From NCBI GenBank assembly GCA_010356995.1, contig ML996691.1:874174-938173 (forward strand): DNA of 64,000 nt, in the 5' to 3' direction. Within the stretch, counting starts at the first letter, position 1; each line of letters starts with the position of its first letter. A model generated the notes under the pieces. It saw only the letters and a program-made list of their open reading frames with translations. It was not told where the DNA came from and did not search any database. This DNA is from Trichodelitschia bisporula. Its lineage: Eukaryota. This document shows positions 12,112 to 25,552 of this stretch, piece by piece. Position numbers and translations under genes: made by a program.

Positions 12112-12877
12112 CTAACCCCCCTTCCTCGGCGGGACCGGCGTAGCAGGCACCGTTCTACCCCCCGCCTGGCCCTGCTGGCTCTTCTTCTTCGTCCAAAACC
12201 CCTCTAGCACCTTCTTAATCTGCATCATCTGCCCCTGTTTGTTCTTCGGCACCCGGAGGCTCTCAACCGTATACGGAGGCTCGACCCGAATACTATCGTT
12301 CACAATGATATTCGGCCCATCCCAGCGCGTCGGAAGTCTGCACTGTCAGCCTTGTCCTGTCCGTGAGTGGCGGAGCACACTCACGTTTTCTCGAAGTGGT
12401 CGAACACCTCCTGCGCCTCGGCGCTCACGCCTCTCCCCCGATTCGCCTCTTTCCGCTGCGCCTCGCGCACCGCCTTCTCCTCGCGCGCGCGGAAGGCCTC
12501 CATCCCCAGCCGCGGGAGCTCAGGCTCCGCCTCCTGCGGAGGCGGTGAGAGGATCTTCCACCCCGCGACCTGAGAAAGCGGAACGACGTGGAAGGTACTC
12601 GGTGGGGAGGCGGGGCCGGACGGCGGAGGGCCTTCGCGCAGGGCGAGGAGGTTTGTGACACTACAGGCGGCGAAGAGGGTCGCTTCGAGGGTGTGGTTTG
12701 GGAGCGTGGTGGTGATGCGGACGCTGTTGGTGGGAAATGTTAGCAGCTATAGGTTGTACGAAAGGATGACGCGTACCGAGCGCCGACGACTTTGAAGATC
12801 GGGTCGCTTTCTGGTAGGGTGCCTGGCTTGGATGCGGGGCTTTGCTTGTTGGGACCGGTGCCGCGCTTGGGATCCAT
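12112..12877 (-). CDS. LSM12: Lsm12-like protein (Lsm domain plus anticodon-binding AD domain); two introns
   Basis: Spliced translation MDPKRG...VVGAR|VRITTT...LEATLF...FHVVPLSQV...REEKAVRE...RGRGVSAEAQEVFDHFEK|TLPTRWDGPNIIVNDSIRVEPPY...PRKGG*. Confidence 0.85.
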
Positions 12878-13703
12878 GATTGCGTTGGGTTGAGGGTCGC
12901 CGCTCTGCTTGCTGCTTCAAGTTCGCTTGCTGCCTCTCTCTCACTCGCTCTCTCGCTCTCTCTCTCTGGCAGGCCGGACGTCTCAGTCTGCGGACATGCA
13001 GAACACGATGGGGGCGTCAGGCCGTCGTGATAGCGGAAGAAGTGTCGGTAGACCACCTAGCAGCCCAGCCGGAGAATTTGGGTGCTGCTCGCGTGTAGAA
13101 ACGATGTGACGGAACCGCGCGTTCGGGGTGGCGTCGAGGCCACGTCCACAGCAACGAGGGGGTAGCGGAGTTTGGGACCGTGTCTCGTCGCCCTTGGAGC
13201 TAACGGCTAGGTGCTACCTTGGTTAGCAACGCAGTGGGTCGGCTGAGTGAGAGGTGAGTGCTCTCACAGCATAAAGGATGTGTCGGTTGGAGGATGGCAG
13301 CGATTGGTGATTTGGCCGTGCTTCTGCAGGGAGTCTGTGGCACAGTGCATCTGCGTGGTGGGTGTGGCTGGTGGGCAAGAGGCACGCCAAGTTTAAGCGC
13401 CCCGTCGGGGAAAGGGGCGGGAAGTTCCGCTTTAAGAGCAGCAGCCGAGGCCAACCTCCTTCTCAGCCACGCACTTGAGCCACTTTCCTTAATATACGTA
13501 GCTTGACGCACTCTCACAATTCTCACTTCAACGTGGTTAGGTTCGACAATGGAGTGCTTAATTTTCATTCATCCCACCTGAAGGTATATTTCAGAGTTAA
13601 AGCCACCACCTGGGCCGCATGTCTCGTTTCACAACCGACCCAGTATCAGCACCTTCTCTGCGTCTATCGATGCATCTCAGCCTCGTGTCACGGATACAAC
13701 ACT

Positions 13704-15865
13704 TTACGCATTGTACGTACTGGCGCTGACATTGCCGCCACGCCCAGTCCAGTTCACGTGAATGTCTTTGCCCTCGGGGTACTTGTCGCTGCTGTTGGGG
13801 TGTCAATCACGGATCACCATACGTCGCGGAACGGAACCAACTTACATGTACTCAGGCTTGACGCGGAACGTGTGCGCGCCGAAGTAGTCACGCTGGGCCT
13901 GCAAGAGGTTGGCCGGCAGATCCTTCGTGCGGTACCCGTCGTAGAAGCTCAGCGCCGTGCTGAAGGCAGGCGTGGGAATACCCCAGAGCGCGCCCTTGGA
14001 CACGACGTTGCGCCAGCCAGGCTGCGCCTTGTGGATAGCCTTGGTGAAGAAGTCGTCAAAGAGCAGGTTCTCCAGGTCGGGGTTGTTGCGGTACGCCTTA
14101 GTGATGTCCTTGAGGAAAACAGAGCGGATGATGCACCCACCGCGCCACATGAGCGCAATCTCGGGCTTGTTCAGCTTCCAGTGGTACTCTTTGGCCGCAT
14201 TCTGGATGAGCATGAAGCCCTGAGCGTACGAGATGATCTTGGACGCGTACAGGGCCTGCTCGAGGTCCTCCAGGAACTGCTCGCGGTCGCCCTCGAACTT
14301 GGGCGTCGGGCCTTCCAGGATCGTGGCAGCGCGCGTACGCTCCGACTTGAGCGAGCTCAGGCAGCGGGCGAACACAGCCTCGCCGATAAGAGTGACCGGC
14401 ATGCCGAGGTCAAGAGCGTTGATGGCAGTCCACTGAGCAGGATTAGTACGTCGCAGGATTCAAACTGCCTGCTTACCTTGCCAGTTCCCTTCTGGCCAGC
14501 AGCGTCAAGAATCTTCTCAACAATCGGCTATCATACTGTCAGTTGCGCCCTCAACACTGTTCACGTAGGCCTACCGTGCCATCGTCATCCTCCTTGTACA
14601 TCTAGCTGGGTTAGCTATGTGCGGCATCTGGACTTCAACACATACAATGTCACGCGTGATTTCGATCAGGAACGAGTCCAGAACGCCCTTGTTCCACTTG
14701 GCAAAGACGTCGCCCATTTCTTTGTGGGACAAGCCAAGACCGCGCTTCATGATGTCATACGCCTGTTTGGTCAGCTACGTTTGCAGACTGAAGGAGATTC
14801 ACACTTCAGTGATGAGCTGCATGTCACCGTACTCGATGCCGTTGTGCACCATCTTGACGTAGTGGCCGGAGCCATCTGCATTGGGTAAGCGCTCTACCCT
14901 TCGTATTTAGCTGACACCTACCGTCACCGACCCACTGGCAGCACGGCTCGCCGTCGCTCTGGGCCGAGATGGATTGCAGCACATCCTTGATGTACGGCCA
15001 CGCCTCCTCGTTACCGCCGGGCATGATGGACGGGCCGTAGCGCGCGCCCTCCTCGCCGCCGGAGACACCGGTGCCAACGAAACGAATTCCTTTCTGCGCC
15101 AGTTAGCCATATCTGGCAGACACAAGGGCAAGAAACCCACCGCCGCCAAGTACTTTGCACGCCGGTTGGTGTCCGGGAAGTGTGAGTTGCCGCCATCGAT
15201 GATGATATCTCCCTGCTCCAAACCGCCCTCTGCTTTGGTGAGCGACGCCTTTTGGCCAGCAAGCCAGACATACCGTTTATCAGGGCCTCGATGAAAGTAT
15301 CAACGGCCTGGCCGGCCTGGACGAGCAGCATAAGGCGACGCGGCTTCTTCAGCTTCGACACGAAGTCCTTGATGTCCGTTGCGCCAATGATCGACTTGCC
15401 CTTGGCCTCATTCGCCAGGAAGTGAGGGACTGTGGAGATAAGCGACCTTTCGCAGTGGAGGATTTGATATGCGTACCCTTGGAAACAGTACGGTTGAAGG
15501 CCACGACAGTGAAGCCTAGTCATATCAGCTTTGTATTCGGCTACATTCAGCTTACGGACCGTGATCAGCCATGTTGAGGATCAAGTTCTACAACTTCGTC
15601 AGCGTGGCCGTATATGTCCTGTGCAGTGAAGCTTACCTGGCCCATGACAGCCAGGCCGATGAGGCCGAAATCTCCCCTATTATAACGTTAGGATCCATCT
15701 AAAGTGCATGCGATTGCTCTCCGATTGTTTGCAGCAGCGATGTGGGTGCAGTGCATGGGATACGCTGGCGGCAGAAGTAATCCGGCGAGTGGCGGGAGCG
15801 TAACCGTTGAAGGAGAGCATGAAAGGGCTGTGCTGAGGGGTTTCTTACTGAGGTTCAGAGGACAT
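13704..15865 (-). CDS. GND1: 6-phosphogluconate dehydrogenase (decarboxylating); 13 exons, 12 introns
   Basis: [84 protein letters not shown], and C-terminal [11 protein letters not shown]. Confidence 0.98.
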
Positions 15866-17039
15866 GTTGACGATGCGGTTGATGTTAGCACTTGGAGGGT
15901 GTGAGGTTGCAATGGCAGAGTAGGTTTGCAGTTGAGTTTTAGTGGAGCGGAGGGGGGGAAAGAGGGGTTCAGGTGGTGGTAAGACTGACGACGATGGAGG
16001 GGGGCGGGGTACGGCAGCCCAGCAAATTGGAAAAGGCTGAGAGGGATGTGGGGCTGTTACAGTCACGGTAAGAGAAAGTTGGCGAACTTGCAGTTGACGG
16101 GCGCGCCCTTTGGACCTTTTAAATGCTCGCACGCTTTTGCTATCCCGGTACCCGTATCTATCACCTGCGCCCAGGAGTGCCACTCACAAACAGCTGCTCG
16201 AGAACGGGTTAAAGGATGCATGTTCTGGCACTTCGGAAGCTCAGCGGCTGTTTGCGCAGGTTGGGGAAGTATGCTGACAAAGGTTTGCCGCCCCTTTGCT
16301 CATCCAGTATACGGTAGCTGTATGGATAGACATGTTAAAGAGGGACAGGGACACGCCTTGGGTTCGTAAGGTCTATCTATTTGTCTTTGGTCTTGTGCTA
16401 GTAAGCGGAATAATAGTCGTATACTGCCTCCTCTTCTCCATGCCGGCTGTGTTTGTGTTTGAAGCTTGCAGGCTAACCTTACAAGGTTGCAGGGTCCACG
16501 AGGCAATGGCACAGCTGCGAACTGGATTTGCCAGCAGCTTTTGCTTGCCAGTTCCCCAGTCATTACTATCAAGTGGGGGCAGTCAGTGGTGGGGGTTGCA
16601 CCTTTTCCCCCTCTATGCTTTTTGTGCCCATGATGTGAATTGATGCCTCAAATTGACGCCTGGATGCCACAGATGCTTCTTGACCCATGCCTTCTTCTGT
16701 CTGAAGATGCCAAGAACGGCTAGCATCTTCCATTGGTCCATCGACAAAGTCCATTTGCCCTAGACTTGACTTCGGTGGGCCCGGCATTTGAAGCAAATCA
16801 TCATCACATCGAACACCACACTCAGTCAGCATCGCGTCAGCTAGTACAAAGCATCGCTCTGATCGCCCGTTTACCCGAAGGAAGCACTGATCGCTTAGCC
16901 GGGGATCCTAGGCACCAGTCGAACGAAGCTCGCTGCTCCACTGTCCCGTCGCCGCGCCGACACTGGAAACAACACTTCCAACGATCGAGGGTTGTAACCT
17001 ACAAACATCTTCCACCAACAGCGCAACCGCGCATTCACC

Positions 17040-18071
17040 ATGGCGTCCGGCAACCCAACGCATCCGTCGCTACCGGCTCGGCCTCCTCCGTCTGCTAATG
17101 CCCAGCCCGCCTTCAAGCCTGCCTTCGCTGCCCCGTCCGCAACGCGTCCCCAAGCTGGATTCAGCGGCGCGACCGCATTTCGGCCTCGGTCCGTAGCCGC
17201 ACCTGCACCTACACCTGCACAGGCGCAGAACTGGCAGCAGCCATACTCCCAGCCCATTTCCGGTGCTGTGACGCCGGCCACAAGCTACCAACAAACCAGC
17301 TACTATCCGCAGCAGCAACCGCAGCAACCGCAGCCCAGCACTTCCTACTACCAGCAGTCTTCGTATGAGACATACAATCAGCCCACACCACCTCAGATCA
17401 CGAACCCCTTCGTACCACCAGACCGGAACGGGAAGTTCAGCAATGACGCGTACGACCCCGAGTACGAGGCGCAGATCGCCCAATGGCAGAGTGCCTACAC
17501 GGGCCGCGAAGATTCGGGCAGCAAGAGCACAAAGGCGCCTCCGTCCGCTGCCAATACTGCACCGGCGGGCCGGGAGCAGCCCTCACATAATGAGACGGCC
17601 GGCACAGCTTTGTCTGGAGCGGAGCCAACGGTGGTTCGGAGTGGTGGTGGAAAGCAGTGGCAAGACCCTAGTCTGCTCGAATGGGATCCGTCGCACCCCC
17701 GTCTCTTCATCGGCAATCTGGCAGGAGAAGTCACTGACGAGTCGCTACTCAAGGCATTCTCGCGCTACCCATCCGTCTCGCGCGCACGCGTTATCCGCGA
17801 AAAGCGCACAACCAAAAGCAAGGGCTACGGCTTTGTGAGTTTCGCCAACAGCGATGACTACTTCCAAGCTGCCAAGGAGATGCAGGGCAAATACATCGGG
17901 AGCCACCCTATCCTTATCAAGCGCAGCACGACCAACATTGCGCCGACGACGCATCAGCAGCAGAAGAAGCACGGCAAGGGTGGGGGCAAGAAGGGCCCCG
18001 GTGCTGGGACGAACTCTGGCATCCAGAAGAAGCAAAGCAAGACGAAGAACGGCCTGAAGCTTTTGGGCTGA
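17040..18071 (+). CDS. RBM42-like single-RRM RNA-binding protein with a Q/P/Y-rich N-terminus
   Basis: VVRSGGGKQWQDPSLLEWDP..RLFIGNLAGEVTDE (RNP2), KSKGYGFVSF (RNP1), EMQGKYIGSHPI. Confidence 0.88.
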   Translation: MASGNPTHPSLPARPPPSANAQPAFKPAFAAPSATRPQAGFSGATAFRPRSVAAPAPTPAQAQNWQQPYSQPISGAVTPATSYQQTSYYPQQQPQQPQPSTSYYQQSSYETYNQPTPPQITNPFVPPDRNGKFSNDAYDPEYEAQIAQWQSAYTGREDSGSKSTKAPPSAANTAPAGREQPSHNETAGTALSGAEPTVVRSGGGKQWQDPSLLEWDPSHPRLFIGNLAGEVTDESLLKAFSRYPSVSRARVIREKRTTKSKGYGFVSFANSDDYFQAAKEMQGKYIGSHPILIKRSTTNIAPTTHQQQKKHGKGGGKKGPGAGTNSGIQKKQSKTKNGLKLLG

Positions 18072-18669
18072 TGCATACGGCAGGGTTGGTCTCCAGCTCT
18101 CGATGGGCGCTTGTTGCGATTGCTGACTCCGGCGCCCGTGACTGGCGTTCTGGTTGTTTGACTCTAGATACCCTTGCGTTGTCATTTACGCTCTCATGCG
18201 GTGCTCTTGTCTTAGGAATAGCAACGAGGGTTGAATTGCCACACTGCGTCCCTTCCTTAACGTGGCGCTGCGCAAGGGTTATGGTACTGGGCTCTAGATG
18301 GTAGAACTAGAAATGCCAAATTTGCGGAGCTGCATCCTTACGTGCGATAACGGACAGCCATAGACAGGCTCAGTTATGCATTTTACAGTTGAATGTGATG
18401 AGATTACTTGAATGTGAAGGAGATGTGTACGGATGTATAGAGCCGGAAGCCGTGAGATATCAAGGCAAGCGTCAGGCATCAAAAGATCACGTGATAATGA
18501 TTGCCAAGAGGCATCGCCGATCGCGACACGAACTTCTGCGACCACCGAACGCGACGTGCAGCATCACGGCAAGCGGCGCTGGACATCACGCCCCAACTTT
18601 TGAGCTCCACCCGTTACCTTCGTTTCTGTCGCCAATACCTAATTCACTCCAACCTAGCTCGCATTCACG

Positions 18670-20933
18670 ATGCAGGACCCCAGCAATGGCGTCCCGCCGG
18701 CCTTGGTGAGCTTAACATGTGCCCCCTTCAACACGTCCATGCTAAACGGTGATAGCTCCCCCATGTGCATCTCATATCCGCCTTCCGCTACCCTCTGATA
18801 GCTACTCTCGAGATGGACAAGGCGTGGGAGTTCCTTCTTAACGCGCCGCGCATCGTCAAGGAAATGGCACCCATGGCCTGGCAGTACCTGCAGGTGCCGC
18901 CCACAGACGGTCAGGTGTTCCTGACATGGCAGCCGGCGGGGCAGCGTGGCAACAAGCTCTCGAGTGACGGCTACGTATGGGCTGATGCTGAGAGCACTTT
19001 CCACTATGAAAAAAATGGTTATGTACGTGCGCCGCTGCTATTGCGGGGCCTTTGCTGATGGCTACAGACTGTCGAGGTGCTTATTCACCGTAGCGGATAC
19101 GTCCCAAACCGTGACCAAATTTCTTGCCATACGCGCCAGCGTTTCCACATCATCGGCAAGGCCCCCAACATCCCCGGTCCTGTAGATCCTTCGCTATGGG
19201 TAGTCCACTACGGCCAGGCTGACCCGGCGAGCCGCCTTCCTGTCAATCGGATCAGCGTAACGCCTGAGGTGCAGCGCATGATGCACGAGAGGCGGTTCGT
19301 TGAGAGCCAAGGACAGCTTGCGCGGAAGGAATTCATGTTGTTCGACCGTGCAAATTGGCCACAGGTTAGCTTCACCCCGGCGCAGCACATGGGACCTCAG
19401 CACCCCCCTGCGGCCTACGCCGGCAATTCTGCGATGCAACCTGGAACACCGATGGGCCGCCCTGGACAGTATTATACTCCTGCTCAAGGCGCCGGCCCAC
19501 CTCCAAAGCGCCAGCGTCAGGCTCCGCCCTCGCAGGTGCCGGTGGCACCGGGCATGCCGCCGATGCCGGGTGCTGTGGACACTTCAATTGAAGATGAGGA
19601 AAACACGTCCCTCGGTGACTACCTCGATCACCTGACGCCAGTGGAGATTAGTCGTTCGCGGTTCAAGCAGCACCACGAATGGATGGAGGAGGTCTACTCG
19701 TCTGTCTATTCTATGAGCCAGATTGTGCCCGAAGATCTGGGACTCGGGCAGGTTGGCGAGCTGGCGCGTCTCACAGATGGCATCTTCGAGCCCCCGAATT
19801 CAGATGTACTCCTCCGGCCTGCGATCCCGTCGGACAAGGCGCCCACACCAAAGACGGACATCGTCTCGCGTCGTTACCGCAAGCTCGACCCGGGCAAGTT
19901 CACGGAGTTCCAGCAGCGTGTGGATACGTACCTGAAGGAGAGTGAACAGGAGCTGGAAGAGATGAGGGCCGCACACGCTAGGACCCTCGAGTCTTTTCGT
20001 CAGATGAAGACATACGCCGCCGCTGAGCGCCAACTTGCCCGTACGGGACCTGAAGACAAGACTCTGGTCGAGAACATCGTACACGAGCTCGAATCCACTC
20101 TCGACGTGGATATTGTCCCGCGCAAGGATGTCATCTGCGTGCAAAAGGGCGGACTAGAGGAAGACCGACGCGTCAACGGGCGGGGTAGCGCACCGGGCAG
20201 CGCCGCGCACAGCACTGCGGACGGAGCTCACGGCAACGGGAGCGTCAGCGGCGGCAGCGTCGGGGGCAACGGACACGGCACCGCGCACTCAAACCACGAA
20301 GACAACACGCTGGCAAGTGAAAACACCGCCGCCGGCCTGCTCAACGAGTACGGCTCAGCATCTTTCGCTACCACACCCATTGGCCGCATCGCCACGCCAC
20401 AGGGAAACACCCCCGCTGCATCGGGCAGTGGTCCCTCCGGGCCACAGCACGGCCACGGCCCCTTCCTGCACGGCCAGAGCGGACTGGCTCAGCCAGATAG
20501 TGCGTCAGACACTGGACTCGATCTCATCGAGGGCATGGATCTGGACGTCGACCTCGCGGCTCTCGGCGGCGACAAGCCGGACGAGGACTGGGTCATGATT
20601 GATCAGAACCAGCATAACGCCGCGCCGGCACAGCACCCCCCTCCGGCACAAGCCCGGCCTGTCGCAGCTGCCGCCCCCGGACCGAGTGCAGCTCCTGTGG
20701 CTCCTGCCGCGCCGCGCTCCGAAGCAGCCGCGCCGAGTCCGGCGACTGCGGGGGCGGTGAGTGCGACGGGTGCGACGCCGGATATGTTTGGTGACTTTGT
20801 GGATGATGGGAACTTGGACACCGCTGGGGATGCGCTTGCGGATTATGCTACGGGCGCGGAGGAACTGGGGCTTGATCTTGACGGGTCGGAGTTTGGGGGC
20901 GCGTTTGGGGGGACGCCGGCTAGTGGGGCTTAG
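18670..20933 (+). CDS. SSR4: SWI/SNF and RSC complex subunit Ssr4 (DUF1750); two introns
   Basis: MQDPSNGVPPAL|LPHVHLIS, SSDGYVWADAE, DPSLWVVHY, GQLARKEFMLFDRANWP, EEENTSLGDYLDHLTP.EISR.RF.QHHEWMEE. Confidence 0.88.
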
Positions 20934-21807
20934 ATGCGTGGATGAAGGGTGGGATGGGGTGAGGGGTGTTGGTGGAGTTTGTGGGGTCAGTTTTTTTTCT
21001 GCGGGGTAGGGTGGGGTGTTCGGTGGGGGATTGACTGGGGTCGTGCTTCTGCTACTGCTGGTATTGCTTGTATGGCGGTGACGCGTTGAAGCGGTGGACG
21101 GCAACGACGTATTGAAGCGGTGGGCAATAAGGAGGTAGTGCTCCCACAACCGTGCGGGCAGTTCGCGCAAAGACACGCGGCGGTGTAGTGTAGGGCCCAG
21201 GTAGTGTACTATGCCATTGATGGTCATGGACTTAGCGTGTGCTTTGTGCACGCCGTGGACGGATAAACGGCAGGCCTGTGTGGCAGCTCTGCGTTCGGCA
21301 CCGCAGGAGAATTAAGAAGCGGTTTATCTGTACGCCAATCCTTGGGATACGATGGGACTGTGATGCGGGAGGTTCAAAGCACGTGTCAAGTTTAGACGTC
21401 GTGTTGGTGTTGGGGCTTTGGGTGGGTGGTATGGCGTGGTATAGGCGCCTTGTGCGGCAAGAGCGAGGAGGTGATTCCGCTGGTATGGGACCTGAGTCTC
21501 GCAGCAGCAGCGTTGATGCAGGACGCGCCGAAGCTATCTTTGGCTTCTCGTTCCTTGCCGTCGTGACGGATGGGCTGGGCTGTAGCACAGGGTTACGGGT
21601 AGGAATAGGCGGTCACGCTGGTTGCTGGGCTTGGTGTTGGGGTACAAAAGCGAGCAGGTACGGGAGGAGGGAGCGGAAGGAGCAGCGGGAGGGCTGATTG
21701 GGGGAGGGGGGTGGGGGGGTAGGCAGGGCGGAGAATGTTCGGTTCTAGAAGGATTGGGAGGGGGGATGGGAGGGAAGGGCTCGTGTTGCAGTGATGGAAT
21801 GTGGATC

Positions 21808-21844
21808 GCATGGCATGGCATAGCATGGCATGGCATGGGCATGG
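21808..21844. repeat. (GCATG)n pentanucleotide microsatellite
   Basis: gcatggcatggcatagcatggcatggcatgggcatgg. Confidence 0.85.
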
Positions 21845-23480
21845 GAACAATGGTACGGAGGAAGTAGAGACACGACGCTGGTACTATATCGGTGCCGGTC
21901 GCGTGTGCTCGGCCTGAAGGCACGACATGGCAGCTCGGACCGTAGTTACAGTGATGGCGCGCTTGCGAATGACGCACGGCATGTGGGCTGGCTGGGCTGG
22001 AGATTTGATGCCGGGGCCCGTTTGGAAGCGTGGAGCTGGTATGGCGGTCAGGGCGGTGGGTTACAGATGGCCTTGGCCGGGGACCTGCGTGCTTTGTGCT
22101 GTGCATGTTTAGGGAGGCGCGGCGTGGGTACGGCGTGTGTTGTGTTACGGGGATAGGTACGGATGTACATCCGTATGGGTGGTGGTGTGGGCGCGATGTT
22201 GATGGTTATGGTGATGCTGATCGTGGTGGTTGCGGGTGATGCTCGGCGATCTGGGAGCTTGGCGAGATGCTGGCTTGATTGATGGCTGGTTGGCTGGCTT
22301 GCTTAGGTGTGGGTGGGCCGGGCGCGGGCGGGAGGTGAAACGGCCGGAGGAGGGAGTGGTGGGTCACTGGCAGGGTGGCGGTGATGGGGCAAACGGGCGG
22401 GAATTATCATGAGAGACTTTTCTTCGACAGCTTTTCTGGTCTCGTGGGTGAATCTTGGGGGAATGGGGGAGCACGGGGGGTTGTGAATGGTTGGAGTTGC
22501 GGATGGGAGAGATGGTGGTGAGAAGGCTGCGGAGTATGCGGGTGTTCAGAGGTGGACCGGGTAGAGAGGAGGGTGAGAAGCGAAACATCTGCCGGGTAAC
22601 TGGACGTTAATTGGCTGATGCAGGCTGTCAAGCCAATTTCCGCAGGGCTACCTCCACCACCTCTGAGCAAAGAGAGATGCACAACTTCTCACTTGTATCT
22701 CTTCCGCACCTCAAACTCAACTATCCATACATCCTTGATACTACATGGTGAAGAGACTCGAACTACTGGTAGCGAACGAAAAGCTTCTCTAGTAGTACAA
22801 CCATCCTCTCCCCTCTCGCCTCTCCTTACCCTCCTAATGGCTGTCTCGGTGATCTGCTTCGGGGATCTCCTAGTGTCTCTCCTTCTCATGTCCCAATCCG
22901 CTTCTCGTGTTGATTCCCACCCCCACCAAGCTTTCCTCCCTGACGATCTCCCCGGCCTGTGCTAGAGCCTCTTCCCGTACCCACCCACCTCCCCAGTGCT
23001 TCTAGTGTTGTACATCTCCTCGTGCTACCAAATCAGCTGCCAGGACACTCAAATCACCACATCGCGCCGTTGGATCGGCACCAGCGCGTCAACGTAGCAC
23101 TCACCAGGCTTATTACCGCCATGTCTCCCGCTCCCGACGCGAAGGATGAGAATCTCTTCCTTCCTCTTTGCCTGTTCTCTCTTTTGTCCCCTCACTCACT
23201 CGCTCACAGTAGTGTCGTCTTGACATTTAATCACTCTTCTCCACGCTCTCTTTTGCTTTACTTTTCTTGTCTCTTCTCTTCTCTAGCGAAAGGAGCATTA
23301 TCTCCGGCCAATTCAAATCACCTTCCTTTCCTTACCCTGCATCCCTATCAGAAGGACACTGCCTCACGTAACCCTACGGCAAACCCTTGAATCCTGCAGG
23401 ACTTTCATGTCGACCTAAGCAAAGCGCTCCTCAAAGACACCCGTCACTCGTTCAATTGTGTTCCCGCCCTTACCGCCCTA

Positions 23481-25552
23481 ATGCTCTTCCAAACTCTCCT
23501 CTCCGCCTCGGCCTTCTTCCTCACCACCACATCTGCGGCTCCCTCGGTCGTCCGTCGTCAAAATGGTCCCATTGCAGTAACCGGCATAGGCGGAGGTGTC
23601 CAGCCGCGCCTTGAGCTCCGGGACCTCCAACAAGATGCCGATCAGTGGAACATCTACCTCCTCGCCATGGCCCGCATGCAGGCCATGTCGCAGGACAACC
23701 CTCTGTCATGGTTTCAGATCTCGGGTTCGTCTCCCTTTGTCCATCCTTAACCAGAACTAAGAGAAACTCAGGCATCCACGGCCGCCCTATGACGGCATGG
23801 GATGGCGTCAATGGCGTCAGCAATCCCCAGGGCCAGGGCTATTGCACGCACGCCTCGAATCTGTTCCTGACTTGGCACCGGCCGTATCTGGCGCTGTACG
23901 AGGTGCGTCACTTCCTCGGACGGAAGGAAAGCTGCTAACCAAAGCAGCAATCCGTCGTGGCCAACGCCCTCGACGCGGCGGCCGAATTCGACGGCGAGGC
24001 ACGCGATCGCTACACGGCGGCGGCGCAGCGCCTGCGCACGCCCTACTGGGACTGGGCCAAGGATCCGGGCAGCGGCCATGCCATTCCCGACAGCATGACG
24101 ATGCAGACGGTGTCGGTGACGACGCCGCAGGGCGGGCAGACCATCGCCAACCCGCTGTACTCGTACCAATTCCACCCGCGGCCAGGCGGTATGGGTGGCC
24201 AGTATGACGCGTGGGACCGGACGTACCGCTGGCCCGCGAGTACGAGCGCCAGTACTTTCGATAACGATAGCCAGATGGTTACGGCGATTGACAATGGGCG
24301 CGATGGGTGGCGCGCGCGGCTGTACAATTTGTTTGCGAATTATCACGACTATATGATCGCGAGTAATGAGGCGGCGGGGTCGGGCGCGGGGCATTATGAC
24401 AGCTTTGAGTCGGTGCATGATGCGATTCATGGTGTTGTTGGTGGCCCGAATGGCGGGAATATGAACATCATTGATGTGGCGGCGTTTGATCCGGCGTTTT
24501 GGCTGCATCACACGTGAGTTGCTCAAACTTTTCGTTTTGGGGATACTGATCGGTGTAGCATGGTGGACCGCTGTTTTGCCATCTGGCAGGCCCTCAACCC
24601 GGATAGCTACGTCGAGCCGCAAGCGCAGAACCACGGCACGTTCTGGTACAACCAGGGCACGGTGATGGACATTAGCAGCCGTGCGTCGCTCCTTCTTCCC
24701 GTAGTTGCCCGCTAACTTACATTCCCAGCCCTCGTGCCCTTCTTCGCTGACCCCTCGGGCAACTTTCACACCTCGCAAACGATCCGCGATACGACTGCTC
24801 TCGGCTACACCTACCCGGAAGTCGCCAATGCATCGCCGGATCAGGTGCGCCAAGCGGTCAACCAGCTGTACGGCGGGAGCACCGCGTCGACCGCGAGGAG
24901 CGTCGTCCCGGCGGCTGCGCCTTCAGGGCTTCTCGGCCGCTCGACTTCGTACGGCAGCCTGCCGAGCAACTTCAGCTCCGCCCCTTCGCTTTCTTCGATC
25001 GCCTTCCCGGCCCGGGAGTGGCTGGCGAACATCAAGGCCGACAAGTACAGCGTCGAAGGGTCGTACTACATTTTCTTCTTTGTGGGGAATTTCACCAAAG
25101 ATCCGAGCGGCTGGATGAACGATCCGAATCTTGTGGGCATGCATAGCGTGTTTTCCATGGCGGGTGGGGGTAGCCAGAAGCACTCAGTTCTGGTCACGGG
25201 CGTTGTGCCCCTCACGCATAAGTTGCAGGAGTTTGTGGCGAGTGGGCTGATTCCTGATCTTGGGGAGATCAGCGTGAGGCGCTTCCTGCGCTCGAAGCTG
25301 CAGTGGCGGATGATGAAGGTGTGTTTACCCGGCGTCCCGTGAGAGGTGTGGCATTGCTAACGGGTCCAGTCCGACGGATGTGAACTCCCAGCTTCGGCGG
25401 TGCCCTCACTGCGCATTTCAGTCGTCTCTTCGCTGATCCAGGCGCCGAAGTTGCCGACCGAGTTCCCGAAGTGGATAGGCGACTTCAAGACCCACACCGA
25501 TATTACGAATGGGCTGCCGGGCGGGTTGTGCGACAATGAGGCGCTGGATTGA
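23481..25552 (+). CDS. Secreted tyrosinase/polyphenol oxidase (type-3 copper) with C-terminal shielding domain; five introns
   Basis: Signal peptide and VVRRQ. CuA motifs GIHGRP and [24 protein letters not shown]. CuB motifs ESVHDAIH and [24 protein letters not shown]-terminal domain ends [10 protein letters not shown]. Confidence 0.93.

Noticed and set aside
13503..14888. 461-aa plus-strand ORF
   Set aside because: It is the antisense shadow of codon-biased GND1. Similar shadows lie opposite the ECM13-like gene, VMA12, tyrosinase, UTP18 and UBP14.
16630..16704. ATGATGT...CTGA as a possible C/D snoRNA
   Set aside because: The C box is imperfect, there is no terminal stem, and I could not recognise an rRNA-complementary guide.
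5644..25552. Possible biosynthetic cluster (prenyl synthase plus tyrosinase)
   Set aside because: COQ1 is a primary-metabolism enzyme 16 kb away, separated by housekeeping genes. There is no PKS, NRPS, transporter or cluster TF.
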